NCBI GenBank assembly: GCA_910584165.1
Contig: CAJTZU010000002.1
Location: forward strand, 9,595 to 73,594
Direction of reading: 5' to 3'
DNA from: an uncultured Bacilli bacterium
GTDB taxonomy: Bacteria; Bacillota_I; Bacilli_A; RF39; UBA660
DNA length: 64,000 bases
Shown: positions 40,423 to 50,219 of the stretch, one piece after another
Layout of the letters: each line of letters starts with the position of its first letter
How positions within the stretch are numbered: position 1 is the stretch's first letter
Made by a program: the position numbers and the translations under genes
Notes under the pieces: generated by a model
What the model was told of the DNA's origin: nothing
The model's input: the letters and a program-made list of their open reading frames with translations, nothing else
Database searches by the model: none

Positions 40423-41565
40423 ATGTCATCGTTTCAAAACAATAAAAAAAGATTTTATGTAACTATTTTTACTATTATCCTATTTTTAGGAAGTATTTCG
40501 ATAGCTATCATTTTAGATAAGCCAAAGAAGAAAGAAAATTATCCAGTTAGAAAACCTAACTCTACTAGTATAAGTAACAATGGAAACTCTGATAAATTTA
40601 CAAATGACAACACAAATACAAATTCTCAAAATAATCAAGATTCTAAAAAGGAGAATTCTAACACAAATAAGTCTAGTAATTCCCAATCATCATCTAGTAA
40701 AGTTACCAATAATATAAAAACTAGTAATTCTAATCAAAGTAAACCTTCAAATACAGCAAGTAATTCCAATACCAATTCTAATAAGCCTACAAATTCTAAC
40801 ACAACAAGCAACTCCAATACCAATTCTAATACAAGCTCTAATAAGCCAGTAGAGCCACCTAAAAATGAAGATAAAAATAATAGTAAAAGAAAATCTATTG
40901 AAAAGGCATATGGGGTTAAAATATTATATGGGAATGAAATAGGTTCCTACAAACCTAAAGGAATAACTCCTACAAAATTAACTAACGATAATGATATTGA
41001 AAATTATCTAAATCGTCTCAATACAGAATTAGCAAAATATCCTAAAAACTTCTTTCAAGATTTCAATAAAAAAGGAATGCCACTTACCATTTATTTAATT
41101 AAAAGTGCGAATGGTGCTTTTTCTGGGTTTACTGATTATCAATTTATGAATGATATTAAACTAACTTTAACAACAGATTTTGAATTTGAATATACTTTTC
41201 ATCATGAAATAATGCATTATATCGATTGCTATCTAAATATTGTTATGTACCCCAAAACTCCTTATGAAGAATTTGAAGCATTAAATCCAAAAGAATTTCA
41301 ATATGGAAAAGCATCTAGTTCTCAAATATATAATATGGCAAATAATCCTAGAGGGGCTTATTTTATTTCCAAATATGGAGCTAGTAATGTTGCAGAAGAT
41401 AGAGCTGAAATTTTTAAATATATGACAGCTAGAGCATATGCTCCTATTGGATGTTTTGAAAAAGAGGAAATTATTCGAAAAAAAGCAATTATTATTAGTA
41501 AACAAATAAAAACTTATTTTCCATCAGTAACAACAGATGCTCATTGGGATAGATTTATAAAATAA
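40423..41565 (+). CDS. membrane-anchored/secreted protein with Asn/Ser/Thr-rich low-complexity linker and C-terminal HExxH zinc-metallopeptidase-like domain
   Basis: N-terminal TM (FYVTIFTIILFLGSISIAIIL), ~100 aa NSNT repeats, C-terminal FHHEIMHYID; promoter TATAAT at ~40389 and RBS AAGGAAGGAAG. Confidence 0.5.
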   Translation: MSSFQNNKKRFYVTIFTIILFLGSISIAIILDKPKKKENYPVRKPNSTSISNNGNSDKFTNDNTNTNSQNNQDSKKENSNTNKSSNSQSSSSKVTNNIKTSNSNQSKPSNTASNSNTNSNKPTNSNTTSNSNTNSNTSSNKPVEPPKNEDKNNSKRKSIEKAYGVKILYGNEIGSYKPKGITPTKLTNDNDIENYLNRLNTELAKYPKNFFQDFNKKGMPLTIYLIKSANGAFSGFTDYQFMNDIKLTLTTDFEFEYTFHHEIMHYIDCYLNIVMYPKTPYEEFEALNPKEFQYGKASSSQIYNMANNPRGAYFISKYGASNVAEDRAEIFKYMTARAYAPIGCFEKEEIIRKKAIIISKQIKTYFPSVTTDAHWDRFIK

Positions 41566-41605
41566 ATAGGACACATAATTGTGTCCTATTTTATTAGTTA
41601 TTACT

Positions 41606-42211
41606 TTATTCTAAATCTTGATTCCAACAAGTATCTAGTTCTTCTTCATTAGCAAGTTTAGAAACAGCAGCACTTAAACAACTATACATTGCTCTTGTAC
41701 TTTTACCTGTTGCTTGATAATTTGAAATATGTTTTTTAGAAATACCAATTGACATTCCTTCTTGATAAGCATCTATATTAGCGCCTAAATAGATAAATTT
41801 CCAATCTTTTTTAGATGTAATTAATTTTTTGACTTTATCACGAGTAAATTCGCGACTAGAATTTTCCATACCATCTGTGGTAATAACAAATATTACTTTA
41901 CTGTTTTTTGCTCTTTTACTAATTTTTTGAATAGTAAAACCAATCGCATCCATTAAAGAAGTTGTACTGCCAACATAATAATCTTTTTCTGTTAAAGATT
42001 TTACATCTGAAATATCTTTTCCATCATGTAAAAATTCTAACGAAGAATCAAATAATACTGTCGTTATTTTTACTTCTCCTTTTAATCTTTTCTGTTTTTC
42101 CAAGAAACTATTATACCCACCTATCGTATCACTTTCTAAGCCTGCCATGGAACCACTCTTGTCTAATAAAAAGACTATTTCTGTTTTTTTCATAATATCC
42201 CTCCGTTTCAT
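41606..42211 (-). CDS. von Willebrand factor type A (vWA) domain protein
   Basis: MIDAS motif LLDKSGSM (DxSxS), ...TTDGMEN (T...DG), 201 aa. Confidence 0.7.
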   Translation of the reverse strand: MKRRDIMKKTEIVFLLDKSGSMAGLESDTIGGYNSFLEKQKRLKGEVKITTVLFDSSLEFLHDGKDISDVKSLTEKDYYVGSTTSLMDAIGFTIQKISKRAKNSKVIFVITTDGMENSSREFTRDKVKKLITSKKDWKFIYLGANIDAYQEGMSIGISKKHISNYQATGKSTRAMYSCLSAAVSKLANEEELDTCWNQDLE

Positions 42212-42241
42212 GCTATAATAATACTAAATCCAAACAATGAT

Positions 42242-42757
42242 TTGGTCGCCTTGGAGGGGACATTTATGAATACTTTAGAAAAATTAAAAATTTATCTTGA
42301 TACAAATTTAGAAGAAGTTTCTTTTCAATCCGCACAATGCTTTGAATGTGATATGGCATTTCCTAAAAGAATGTGTAAGGTAGGTTCTATCAATGACTAC
42401 GTAGAAAATGAAATAAATGATAATACATTCACTTCTCTACTCCTTTCTTATATTGATAAAAAAGGATTAAAAGATTCTGATATCTATCATAAAGCAAATA
42501 TAGATAGACGTCTATTTTCTAAAATTAGAAGCAATGAATTTTATCACCCCAAAAAAGAAACTGTAATTGCCCTAGGACTTTCCTTAGAACTATCTATTGA
42601 AGAATTTGAAAAATTACTGGAAAGTGCATCTTATTCACTACCTAAAAATAATGTTTCAGACTTAATTATTCGATTTTGTATCATGGAAAAAATATATAAT
42701 GTTATAGAAGTAAATTCTCTACTCTCTGAATATCAATGCCCATTACTTTTCCAATAA
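42242..42757 (+). CDS. XRE-family helix-turn-helix domain protein
   Basis: LKDSDIYHKANIDRRLFSKIRSNEFYHPKKETVIALGLSLELSIEEFEKLL matches XRE HTH pattern. Confidence 0.45.
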   Translation: MVALEGTFMNTLEKLKIYLDTNLEEVSFQSAQCFECDMAFPKRMCKVGSINDYVENEINDNTFTSLLLSYIDKKGLKDSDIYHKANIDRRLFSKIRSNEFYHPKKETVIALGLSLELSIEEFEKLLESASYSLPKNNVSDLIIRFCIMEKIYNVIEVNSLLSEYQCPLLFQ

Positions 42758-42782
42758 AAAAAGACGCTTAAGCGTCTTTTGG
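42756..42782. terminator. bidirectional terminator shared by convergent genes
   Basis: aagacgc-ttaa-gcgtctt perfect hairpin flanked by A-run and T-run; stop codon of minus-strand gene sits in loop. Confidence 0.6.
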
Positions 42783-43433
42783 TCTCATAATAGGAAATTT
42801 TTGATACATAAATTCATCATCATACACTTTATCATAAAATTCCCCTGAAACAGTAAATGGCTTTTGACCATTATTACGCCATGCCATTCTAGCAAATGCA
42901 CTATACGTAATAAAAATATCTAATAAAAGGAATACTAAGACAATCTTATAAATTGGTTGTCCTATTTTATATGGAATTTTTTCTATCCAATTAGATACTT
43001 TAGGATAAATTAATTTCATTAATATGGTTCCAAGTATCCCCCAACCTAGCATAAAGGGGACACTAGTTCTTCCTTGTATATTTAAAAAATGATCTGAGTA
43101 ATCCCAAAATTTTACTTCAAAAAAAGTATCTGCTATAAAACCAGTTATATATTCTGTAATGCCACCTATTAAACAGGCATAAAGAAATGTTTTTAAAATA
43201 CTTCTAGCATCATTCTTTTTTCCTAATAAAAGGACAAATGCCAATACTCCTACTCCATAAATAGGACTAAATGGTCCATAAATTAAACCTTGTCTAGTAG
43301 TAATTTCTCCATACTTAATAAACCATAATACCTCTTCATAATAAGTACCAATTAGACAACCTAATACAAAAAAGATAAATAGTTTAGTAAAACAGTACCC
43401 TTTCGCAAACACTTTTTCTTCCATACAACACAC
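42768..43433 (-). CDS. integral membrane protein, hypothetical (putative ABC-transporter-associated permease-like)
   Basis: 6 TM helices. Confidence 0.4.
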   Translation of the reverse strand: MCCMEEKVFAKGYCFTKLFIFFVLGCLIGTYYEEVLWFIKYGEITTRQGLIYGPFSPIYGVGVLAFVLLLGKKNDARSILKTFLYACLIGGITEYITGFIADTFFEVKFWDYSDHFLNIQGRTSVPFMLGWGILGTILMKLIYPKVSNWIEKIPYKIGQPIYKIVLVFLLLDIFITYSAFARMAWRNNGQKPFTVSGEFYDKVYDDEFMYQKFPIMRPKDA

Positions 43434-43477
43434 ATCCTATTTTTAGTATAACAAAAAAAGGATATAAAGTCATATCC

Positions 43478-43795
43478 TTACATCATCTCATTTACTTTAG
43501 GACTATACTTCCCACTTGTTTCATCTAGTTTTTGCTGTTCTGCTCTTTCTAAGCAATACCAACCTCTTTGAAAAGCATAATCAAAAAATAATCTTTGTAA
43601 ATTAGATGTTTCATCAAAAATAGTTTTAATAACGTCATAAAGTGGTCTATTACTTGCTTCATTTAAAGCATAAGAGTAATTATTTACCATATTTTTTAAA
43701 CTTTCCAATAAATCATTTAAATAATTTTCATCATTCATATCTGTTGTTTGTGGTACTTCTACTTTTGGGTTCGTAACTTTATTTTGATTATTCAT
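43478..43795 (-). CDS. spore coat protein, CotF-like (Coat_F domain)
   Basis: LNDLLESLKNMVNNYSYALNEASN...LYDV..IFDET pattern. Confidence 0.55.
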   Translation of the reverse strand: MNNQNKVTNPKVEVPQTTDMNDENYLNDLLESLKNMVNNYSYALNEASNRPLYDVIKTIFDETSNLQRLFFDYAFQRGWYCLERAEQQKLDETSGKYSPKVNEMM

Positions 43796-44012
43796 TAGAA
43801 CCTCCTATACTAAGTGCTTGCAAAAGCTTTTCATAGTGTTCCTTACAAGTATTCGCTAAAGAAAGAAATGCATCCCTTAACGCCTCATCTGTTACTTCTG
43901 TACTGAAATGATATGCTTTTTTAGACATTGTATAATTCCAATTCATCATATCTTCTAAATACGCTAAATCTTTGGTTGAAACCATTGCTGGTACTGTATT
44001 CATATAATCCAT
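43788..44012 (-). CDS. spore coat protein F-like, small partner protein
   Basis: 8-bp overlap with CotF-like gene; helical ~74 aa. Confidence 0.4.
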   Translation of the reverse strand: MDYMNTVPAMVSTKDLAYLEDMMNWNYTMSKKAYHFSTEVTDEALRDAFLSLANTCKEHYEKLLQALSIGGSNE

Positions 44013-44074
44013 CCTTTCTATCCATATAATGTACTAGGAAAGTGAAATTTATACAAAAAAAAGATAGATTTTTT

Positions 44075-44746
44075 TCATCTAACTTTTTCTTCAAAAAGAT
44101 GATTTTCTCTAAAAATATATCCTAAATCTTCAATCGATTTTGGCATATTAAATCTTCCATTTCCAACAGGATAAAAAATAGGATATACTTTATATTCTTT
44201 ATCTTTAATTTTTAAATATTTATACTTTTTACGCCACTCTGTTACGGATACTTTTTCATCTAATAGAATACTACTTACTTGATTACCAAAAGTAACAATA
44301 ATATCAGGGTTTATATATCTTATTTCTTCTTTTAATAGATGAAGATATTCTAGATAGACACTATCTGGTAACGGTCTAGCATCTATTTGCGTACATTTTC
44401 CTAAATTGGTAATAAAGTATCCTTTAGAAGCTACTTCATCATATACCTTTTGAGAAAACTCCGGTGTCCAATCTTTTGGTTTTATATTTTGTATCTCTTG
44501 AAAAATTTCTTCATCTAATAATCCTATTTGATAAAATAATTGCCATACTATTTTTGTGCCTATCCATGGAGCACGAATTCCTGGCCAAGAAGAATCTGAC
44601 GCTACATTTCTACCCGTTGGATTCATAAAAACAAAACATACTTTTGGATTAGAAAAACAGCCTCCGTGATAAATAGCATGTAATTCTTTTGCACCATATT
44701 GCTTTTGTAATTTGTCATACTTTTTATACAATTTTTCTAACTCCAT
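44075..44746 (-). CDS. uracil-DNA glycosylase superfamily protein (putative)
   Basis: VCFVFMNPTGRN N-terminal pocket motif and C-terminal YPVGNGRFN resemble UDG-like fold families. Confidence 0.35.
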   Translation of the reverse strand: MELEKLYKKYDKLQKQYGAKELHAIYHGGCFSNPKVCFVFMNPTGRNVASDSSWPGIRAPWIGTKIVWQLFYQIGLLDEEIFQEIQNIKPKDWTPEFSQKVYDEVASKGYFITNLGKCTQIDARPLPDSVYLEYLHLLKEEIRYINPDIIVTFGNQVSSILLDEKVSVTEWRKKYKYLKIKDKEYKVYPIFYPVGNGRFNMPKSIEDLGYIFRENHLFEEKVR

Positions 44747-44785
44747 AGTATCACCTAATTCATTATAACATAAAAAGAAAGACTG

Positions 44786-45538
44786 TTACATCTTTCTTTG
44801 TTTTGATACTGCTAAACGTAATAATAAGCATTTTTCTGGGCCTATCTCATTACCATCTAATTTTGCTTCTGCTTCCTCTAATTCATATCCATGGACAGTA
44901 TTAAGAACAATTGGTTTTATCACTTGATTATATTCTTCTTCTGCAATACAAGTACCATTAGCAAAATCAAATACTTTTCCATTTTGTCTTACATAACTAT
45001 GATATTGTTTTCTTCCAAATTGATGAGGAATTAAACCAGTTACTGCTTCATATTCTGGATTTTCTTTTATAAATCTTTCGGAAGCATCGTGACAAAAGCC
45101 ATAATAAAATCTTCTAGCTGCATAATCCTGTATTGTTAAATCTTGTAAATAAAGTACTAATGGAGTGGTCACTAAAGTTCCTACTTTAGTATCTAATACA
45201 TAATTATTTTGAATTCTAGTAATCGCATTCATAGAATAGAAAAATTTCCATTCTGAACACAATTCTGGTGGTATACCACATCGTATTCTTGCATCCATAT
45301 TAGCTAAAATATAAGGTATTTCAAATTCATAACTATAATTCAAATCTTTTAATAGTGGCCATAATAAGTTACTATATCCACTCTGTATTAAAGAATAAAG
45401 CTTTGTAATAGAATCCATATTAGATGGAAAAGTAACATATCCATAGCGCTTTTGAAATTCATTTAATACAGTGTCTGCAATTTCTAATACCTCTTTATGT
45501 TGACCTTTTGTTTCATTGTAAACTTGATAAGCATTCAT
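44786..45538 (-). CDS. hypothetical protein
   Basis: ORF only. Confidence 0.4.
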   Translation of the reverse strand: MNAYQVYNETKGQHKEVLEIADTVLNEFQKRYGYVTFPSNMDSITKLYSLIQSGYSNLLWPLLKDLNYSYEFEIPYILANMDARIRCGIPPELCSEWKFFYSMNAITRIQNNYVLDTKVGTLVTTPLVLYLQDLTIQDYAARRFYYGFCHDASERFIKENPEYEAVTGLIPHQFGRKQYHSYVRQNGKVFDFANGTCIAEEEYNQVIKPIVLNTVHGYELEEAEAKLDGNEIGPEKCLLLRLAVSKQRKM

Positions 45539-45583
45539 AATAATCCCCCTTTTTACGGTGAATTATTCTAACACAAATTTAAT

Positions 45584-46090
45584 TTACTCGCAAATTTTTC
45601 CAAAATGATTATGGTAAATTTGTTCAAAACAATGAATATGAACTTCCTCATCTTCTATAATTCGTTCTAATATTTTTTTTATATAAGGATCATTTATTTC
45701 TTGAATGTGTTTTTGATATGTTTTAATAGCTTTCATTTCTCTAGCAATATTATCTAATAAAATAGTAGATAAATTAGTAGCATAATTTACATTTTTACTA
45801 GTCCATGGAATTACACATTCAATATTACTATCTACTGTATAAAAAGATGGTAAATTACCTAATTGATAAATCAATTTTCCTAAAATTTCTAAATGATGCA
45901 TCTCTACTTTAGAAATACCCTCTAATATCTCTTTTTCCTCTTCTACAACAAGACTTTGATAAAAATAAGTATGGATTGCAGTATCTTCTCCATTTTCTCC
46001 TGCATAATCTTCTAATAAAATCTTAGCGTATTCTATATTTTCTCTTTCTACTTCAATTTTAGGATAGGGTTTACAAGAACAATACTCCAT
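45584..46090 (-). CDS. ferritin-like/rubrerythrin-like protein (CotJC/Mn-catalase-like)
   Basis: Paired E..H motifs (KVEMHHLEIL, EDEEVHIHCFE). Confidence 0.45.
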   Translation of the reverse strand: MEYCSCKPYPKIEVERENIEYAKILLEDYAGENGEDTAIHTYFYQSLVVEEEKEILEGISKVEMHHLEILGKLIYQLGNLPSFYTVDSNIECVIPWTSKNVNYATNLSTILLDNIAREMKAIKTYQKHIQEINDPYIKKILERIIEDEEVHIHCFEQIYHNHFGKICE

Positions 46091-46147
46091 ATCATCACCT
46101 ATTCCAATATATGCCTTAAATTCTTAAAAATTCTTCTCATTTAGAAA

Positions 46148-46176
46148 TTGATATATACTCTCTTTTATAGTAGAAT
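46148..46176 (+). promoter_or_regulatory. promoter TTGATA-17-TAGAAT upstream of phosphoketolase
   Basis: Consensus-like hexamers; RBS AAAGGGG before ATG. Confidence 0.45.
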
Positions 46177-46202
46177 AGTATATAGAATAAAGGGGCGATG
46201 TT

Positions 46203-48542
46203 ATGCAGACATTAGAATTAGAAAGAATCCATAATTATTGGAATGCTGCTAATTATTTAGCACTAGGACAATTATATTTATTAGATAATCCATTACTAGA
46301 GCAACCACTAGAAAGAAAGCACATTAAGAAAAAAATTGTAGGGCATTGGGGAACTGTTCCAGGCCAAAATTTTATTTATGCTCATTTAAATAGAATTATT
46401 AAACAGTATGACTTAAATATGATTTATATTTCTGGTCCAGGTCATGGTGGTAATGCCCTAGTTGCGAACACTTATTTAGAAGGTACTTATAGTGAAGTTT
46501 ATCCAAATATTAGTCAAGATAAAGAAGGATTAAAAAAACTATTTAAGCAATTCTCCTTCCCTGGAGGAATTTCTAGTCATGTGGCACCAGAAACACCAGG
46601 CTCTATTAATGAAGGCGGAGAATTAGGATATTCTTTAGCTCATGCTTTTGGAGCTGTATTTGATAATCCAAATTTAATAGCTACTTGCGTAATTGGAGAT
46701 GGTGAGGCAGAAACTGGCCCTTTAGCCACTGCATGGCACTCTAATAAATTTTTAAATCCAAAAACAGATGGTATTGTTTTACCTATTTTACATTTAAACG
46801 GTTATAAAATTAGCAATCCTACTATTTTTTCAAGAATTTCTAGAGAAGAAATTACCAGATTCTTTGAAGGTTGTGGTTGGCACCCTTACTTTGTTAGTAA
46901 TAATGATGTTATGCAGATGCATGAGCAAATGGCTAATACACTAGATTGTGTAGTAAGAGAAATTCAAATTATTTGGAGGAATGCTAGAGAAAATAAAGCA
47001 ACTCGAAGACCTTTTTATCCTATGATTATTTTTGAATCAAAAAAAGGATGGACAGGACCAAAAATAGTGGATAATAAAGAAATTGAGGGAACCTTTAGAG
47101 CTCATCAAGTTCCACTATCTATGGAAAAAGAAGAACACATTCCTCTATTAGAAGAATGGTTAAAAAGTTATCATCCAGAAAAATTATTTACACCAGAAGG
47201 AAAATTAATTCCAGAATTACAAGATTTGGCGCCTACTGGCGAAAAGCGTATGAGTGCCAATCCACATGCAAATGGAGGATTATTACTAAAAGACCTACGC
47301 TTACCAGATTTCAAAAACTATGCACTTTCTTTCAAACATCCTGGCGAGTTAGAAGCACAAGATATGTTAGAATTAGGAAATTTCGTTAGAGACATTATTA
47401 AATTAAATGAAGAAAATCGAAATTTCAGACTGTTTGGTCCTGATGAAACAATGTCTAATAGACTTTCTAAAGTTTTTGAAGTAACAAATAGGGCCTGGAG
47501 TGCAGAAACTCTTCATAATGATGAATTTTTATCTTCTAATGGTAGAGTAATGGATTCTATGCTTAGTGAGCACATGTGTGAAGGATGGCTAGAAGGATAC
47601 TTACTAACTGGTAGACATGGTGTTTTTGCGAGTTATGAAGCCTTTATTAGAATTATAGATTCTATGGCCAGTCAACATGCTAAATGGCTAAAAGTTTGTT
47701 CAGAATTACCATGGAGACAAAGTATTGCTTCTTTAAATTATATTTTAACTTCTAATGTATGGCAACAAGATCACAATGGTTTTACTCATCAAGACCCTGG
47801 TTTTCTAGACCACATGGCAACGAAAAAAGCAGATATTACAAGGATTTATTTGCCACCTGATACTAACTGCTTATTATCTGTATTTGACCATTGTATACGT
47901 AGTAAGGATTACATCAATGTCATTGTGGCTTCAAAACATCCAAGACCACAATGGCTAACAATGGAAGAAGCCATTAAACATTGCACCCAAGGTATTAGTA
48001 TTTGGAAATGGGCAAGTAACGATTTTGATGGAGAACCTGACGTTGTTTTAGCTTGCGCTGGGGATACTCCAACTTTAGAATGTTTAGCAGCTATCTCTAT
48101 TTTAAAAGAAATGAAAATAGATATTAAAGTTCGCTTTATTAATGTTGTAGATTTAATGAAATTACAACCAAAAACAAAGCACCCGCATGGTTTAAGTGAT
48201 CAACAATATGACGAATTATTTACAAAAGATAAACCAATTGTTTTTGCTTATCATGGCTATCCATCTTTAATCCATGAACTTCTTTACTACCGTAATAATA
48301 GAGATTTGCACGTACGCGGATATAAAGAAGAAGGAACGATTACGACTCCTTTCGATATGCGCGTTCAAAATCATATCGATCGTTATCACTTAGTAATGGA
48401 TATCATTAGAAGAGTCCCTAGATTAAGTGGCGAATGCGCATATATTGTACAAGAGATGCAAGAAAAGATTATTGAGCATAGACAATATATTCGAGAGGTA
48501 GGAGAAGATTTACCAGAAATTAAAAATTGGAAATGGAACTAA
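46203..48542 (+). CDS. xfp: D-xylulose-5-phosphate/fructose-6-phosphate phosphoketolase
   Basis: [26 protein letters not shown]-binding GDGE, ~780 aa. Confidence 0.85.
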   Translation: MQTLELERIHNYWNAANYLALGQLYLLDNPLLEQPLERKHIKKKIVGHWGTVPGQNFIYAHLNRIIKQYDLNMIYISGPGHGGNALVANTYLEGTYSEVYPNISQDKEGLKKLFKQFSFPGGISSHVAPETPGSINEGGELGYSLAHAFGAVFDNPNLIATCVIGDGEAETGPLATAWHSNKFLNPKTDGIVLPILHLNGYKISNPTIFSRISREEITRFFEGCGWHPYFVSNNDVMQMHEQMANTLDCVVREIQIIWRNARENKATRRPFYPMIIFESKKGWTGPKIVDNKEIEGTFRAHQVPLSMEKEEHIPLLEEWLKSYHPEKLFTPEGKLIPELQDLAPTGEKRMSANPHANGGLLLKDLRLPDFKNYALSFKHPGELEAQDMLELGNFVRDIIKLNEENRNFRLFGPDETMSNRLSKVFEVTNRAWSAETLHNDEFLSSNGRVMDSMLSEHMCEGWLEGYLLTGRHGVFASYEAFIRIIDSMASQHAKWLKVCSELPWRQSIASLNYILTSNVWQQDHNGFTHQDPGFLDHMATKKADITRIYLPPDTNCLLSVFDHCIRSKDYINVIVASKHPRPQWLTMEEAIKHCTQGISIWKWASNDFDGEPDVVLACAGDTPTLECLAAISILKEMKIDIKVRFINVVDLMKLQPKTKHPHGLSDQQYDELFTKDKPIVFAYHGYPSLIHELLYYRNNRDLHVRGYKEEGTITTPFDMRVQNHIDRYHLVMDIIRRVPRLSGECAYIVQEMQEKIIEHRQYIREVGEDLPEIKNWKWN

Positions 48543-48572
48543 AAAAAGAGAAGTAATTCTCTTTTTTTAACA
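48543..48572. terminator. bidirectional terminator between convergent xfp and TPR-protein gene
   Basis: aaagagaa-gtaa-ttctcttt hairpin flanked by A-run/T-run (coordinates +/-1). Confidence 0.55.
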
Positions 48573-50069
48573 AGCACCATTAGACTCTATAAATTTGATT
48601 TTATGCTCAATCTTTTCCCTATCTTGCTCTAAAATGTCCTTATCAGATAAATATTCGCTTTGCTGCACTAAAGCCCATTCATCTAAATGGAATCCTCTTG
48701 ATTTTAATCTACACTTTCGATAGCAACTTAAAGATATTTCTATAGCACTTTTAACATCTTTTTTTCTCATATAAATTTTATATAATAAAGTACTGGCTTC
48801 CATTGTAGCAATATATCCTTCTTGTAAATAAGCTAAGGCGTTTTCTTCTGCTTCTTTAAAAAAGCCTAAATGATAACAAGCTACTGCTATTTTTACCTTG
48901 AAATAAGGGAGTGCGCATTCCTCATATCTTTTCGCACAACTAGAAATAACTTCTTCATATTTTCCTTCTGACATAAGTCTTTCTATATGGGAAAGAAATA
49001 AACTAATTTCTCTTGCTTGTTTTGCTTCTATTTGTTTTTCAGAAATCAATTTTTGATAATTTTCCATCATAGATTCTTGCTCTTTTGTTGGGTTTAATTT
49101 GGATATTTCTTCTAATAATTCGGGAATTGGTGTATACGCTTTTAAATCGATATATGCGTCAATTAATATGAAATAGCTTTCAATATCTGTTTTATCTAAA
49201 TTTAATAGTTGAAAAGCTAAAACCATTCTTGTTCCAACTTCACTAGAACCTAAAGAAGTTAAAGACATAATTCCACCATCTCTTAATGCAAGGATATTAT
49301 TATCTCTTTTAGTTTCTAACGCTATTCGCACGCTAGTTTTAATAGTATTTAGTTGCATTTCAGCAGCTTTTTTAGCCAATAATATTACTGGTTGAAAATC
49401 TATTTTAAACCCCTTTATATTAGCCAGTTTTGCGCATACTTCCAAATGTCTTATTACTTTTTGATAATCTTTTTTAGAAAGAGCTTGCTCTGCTAAACGA
49501 TAATTTCTTAGTAAAGGCATATAATCTACTTCTGATAATTGTATATAATTTTTATTTCTATTTGGAATAGATACATTTTGACCTGTCATTACATTCAAAA
49601 GCCTATATTCTAAAGAAAAATCAGATGATTTACTAGGTATTTTTTCCTGACATTTATTTAATAAACGATAGGCCTCATCATATTCCCCTTCTAAAACTTC
49701 AATTTTAAATAATTCATAATAAGCAGATACTAAGGAAGGATTTTTCATGAGTTCCATATAAAAGTGTATTCTAGCACTCTGTAAAAATTTCGCATATTCT
49801 TCTTCTGAAAGTATAGAATCAACATACTCTAAATTACAAAATAAAAGTGAGAAATTTTCTTCAACTACATCTAAAGAAATTTCTTTCCATAAATATTCTT
49901 TTATTTTCTGAAGTTCCATTAAAGTAAGTTTCTTATCTAATGCATATTGAATAATCCCCTCAAAAGATAACTGTTCCGAGGCAGATTTCTTTTCTTTTTT
50001 TTCCATTTTTTCATTCCAATCTAGTTCTTGACACAAATTAAAAGAACAGGGATTTTTTCTTTTTTCCAC
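48567..50069 (-). CDS. TPR-like helical repeat protein, hypothetical
   Basis: 500 aa, alpha-helical repeats. Confidence 0.4.
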   Translation of the reverse strand: MEKRKNPCSFNLCQELDWNEKMEKKEKKSASEQLSFEGIIQYALDKKLTLMELQKIKEYLWKEISLDVVEENFSLLFCNLEYVDSILSEEEYAKFLQSARIHFYMELMKNPSLVSAYYELFKIEVLEGEYDEAYRLLNKCQEKIPSKSSDFSLEYRLLNVMTGQNVSIPNRNKNYIQLSEVDYMPLLRNYRLAEQALSKKDYQKVIRHLEVCAKLANIKGFKIDFQPVILLAKKAAEMQLNTIKTSVRIALETKRDNNILALRDGGIMSLTSLGSSEVGTRMVLAFQLLNLDKTDIESYFILIDAYIDLKAYTPIPELLEEISKLNPTKEQESMMENYQKLISEKQIEAKQAREISLFLSHIERLMSEGKYEEVISSCAKRYEECALPYFKVKIAVACYHLGFFKEAEENALAYLQEGYIATMEASTLLYKIYMRKKDVKSAIEISLSCYRKCRLKSRGFHLDEWALVQQSEYLSDKDILEQDREKIEHKIKFIESNGAC

Positions 50070-50219
50070 ATTTTCCTGTTCTTATACTACTTAACTCCAC
50101 ATGTCTTTTTCACAAGACACGATTGGTATTTTATCAAAAAAAAAGGATACTGTCAAATCCACTATTTACTTCCTTTCCTATTTTCCGTATAATGAAAATA
50201 GTAGAGGGAGTGTGAGCAA

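Noticed and set aside
40520-40860. Tandem nucleotide repeats resembling a repeat array
   Set aside because: They are imperfect codon-level repeats encoding an Asn/Ser/Thr-rich linker inside ORF 40423..41565, not spacer-repeat structure; no CRISPR-like regular spacing.
38227-41565. Diversity-generating retroelement (TR/VR pair)
   Set aside because: No ~100-bp repeat of the RT-proximal non-coding DNA was spotted at the 3-prime end of neighbouring genes by eye. No Avd-like gene or C-type-lectin target was seen. An exhaustive repeat search with A-to-N mismatch tolerance would be needed to exclude it.
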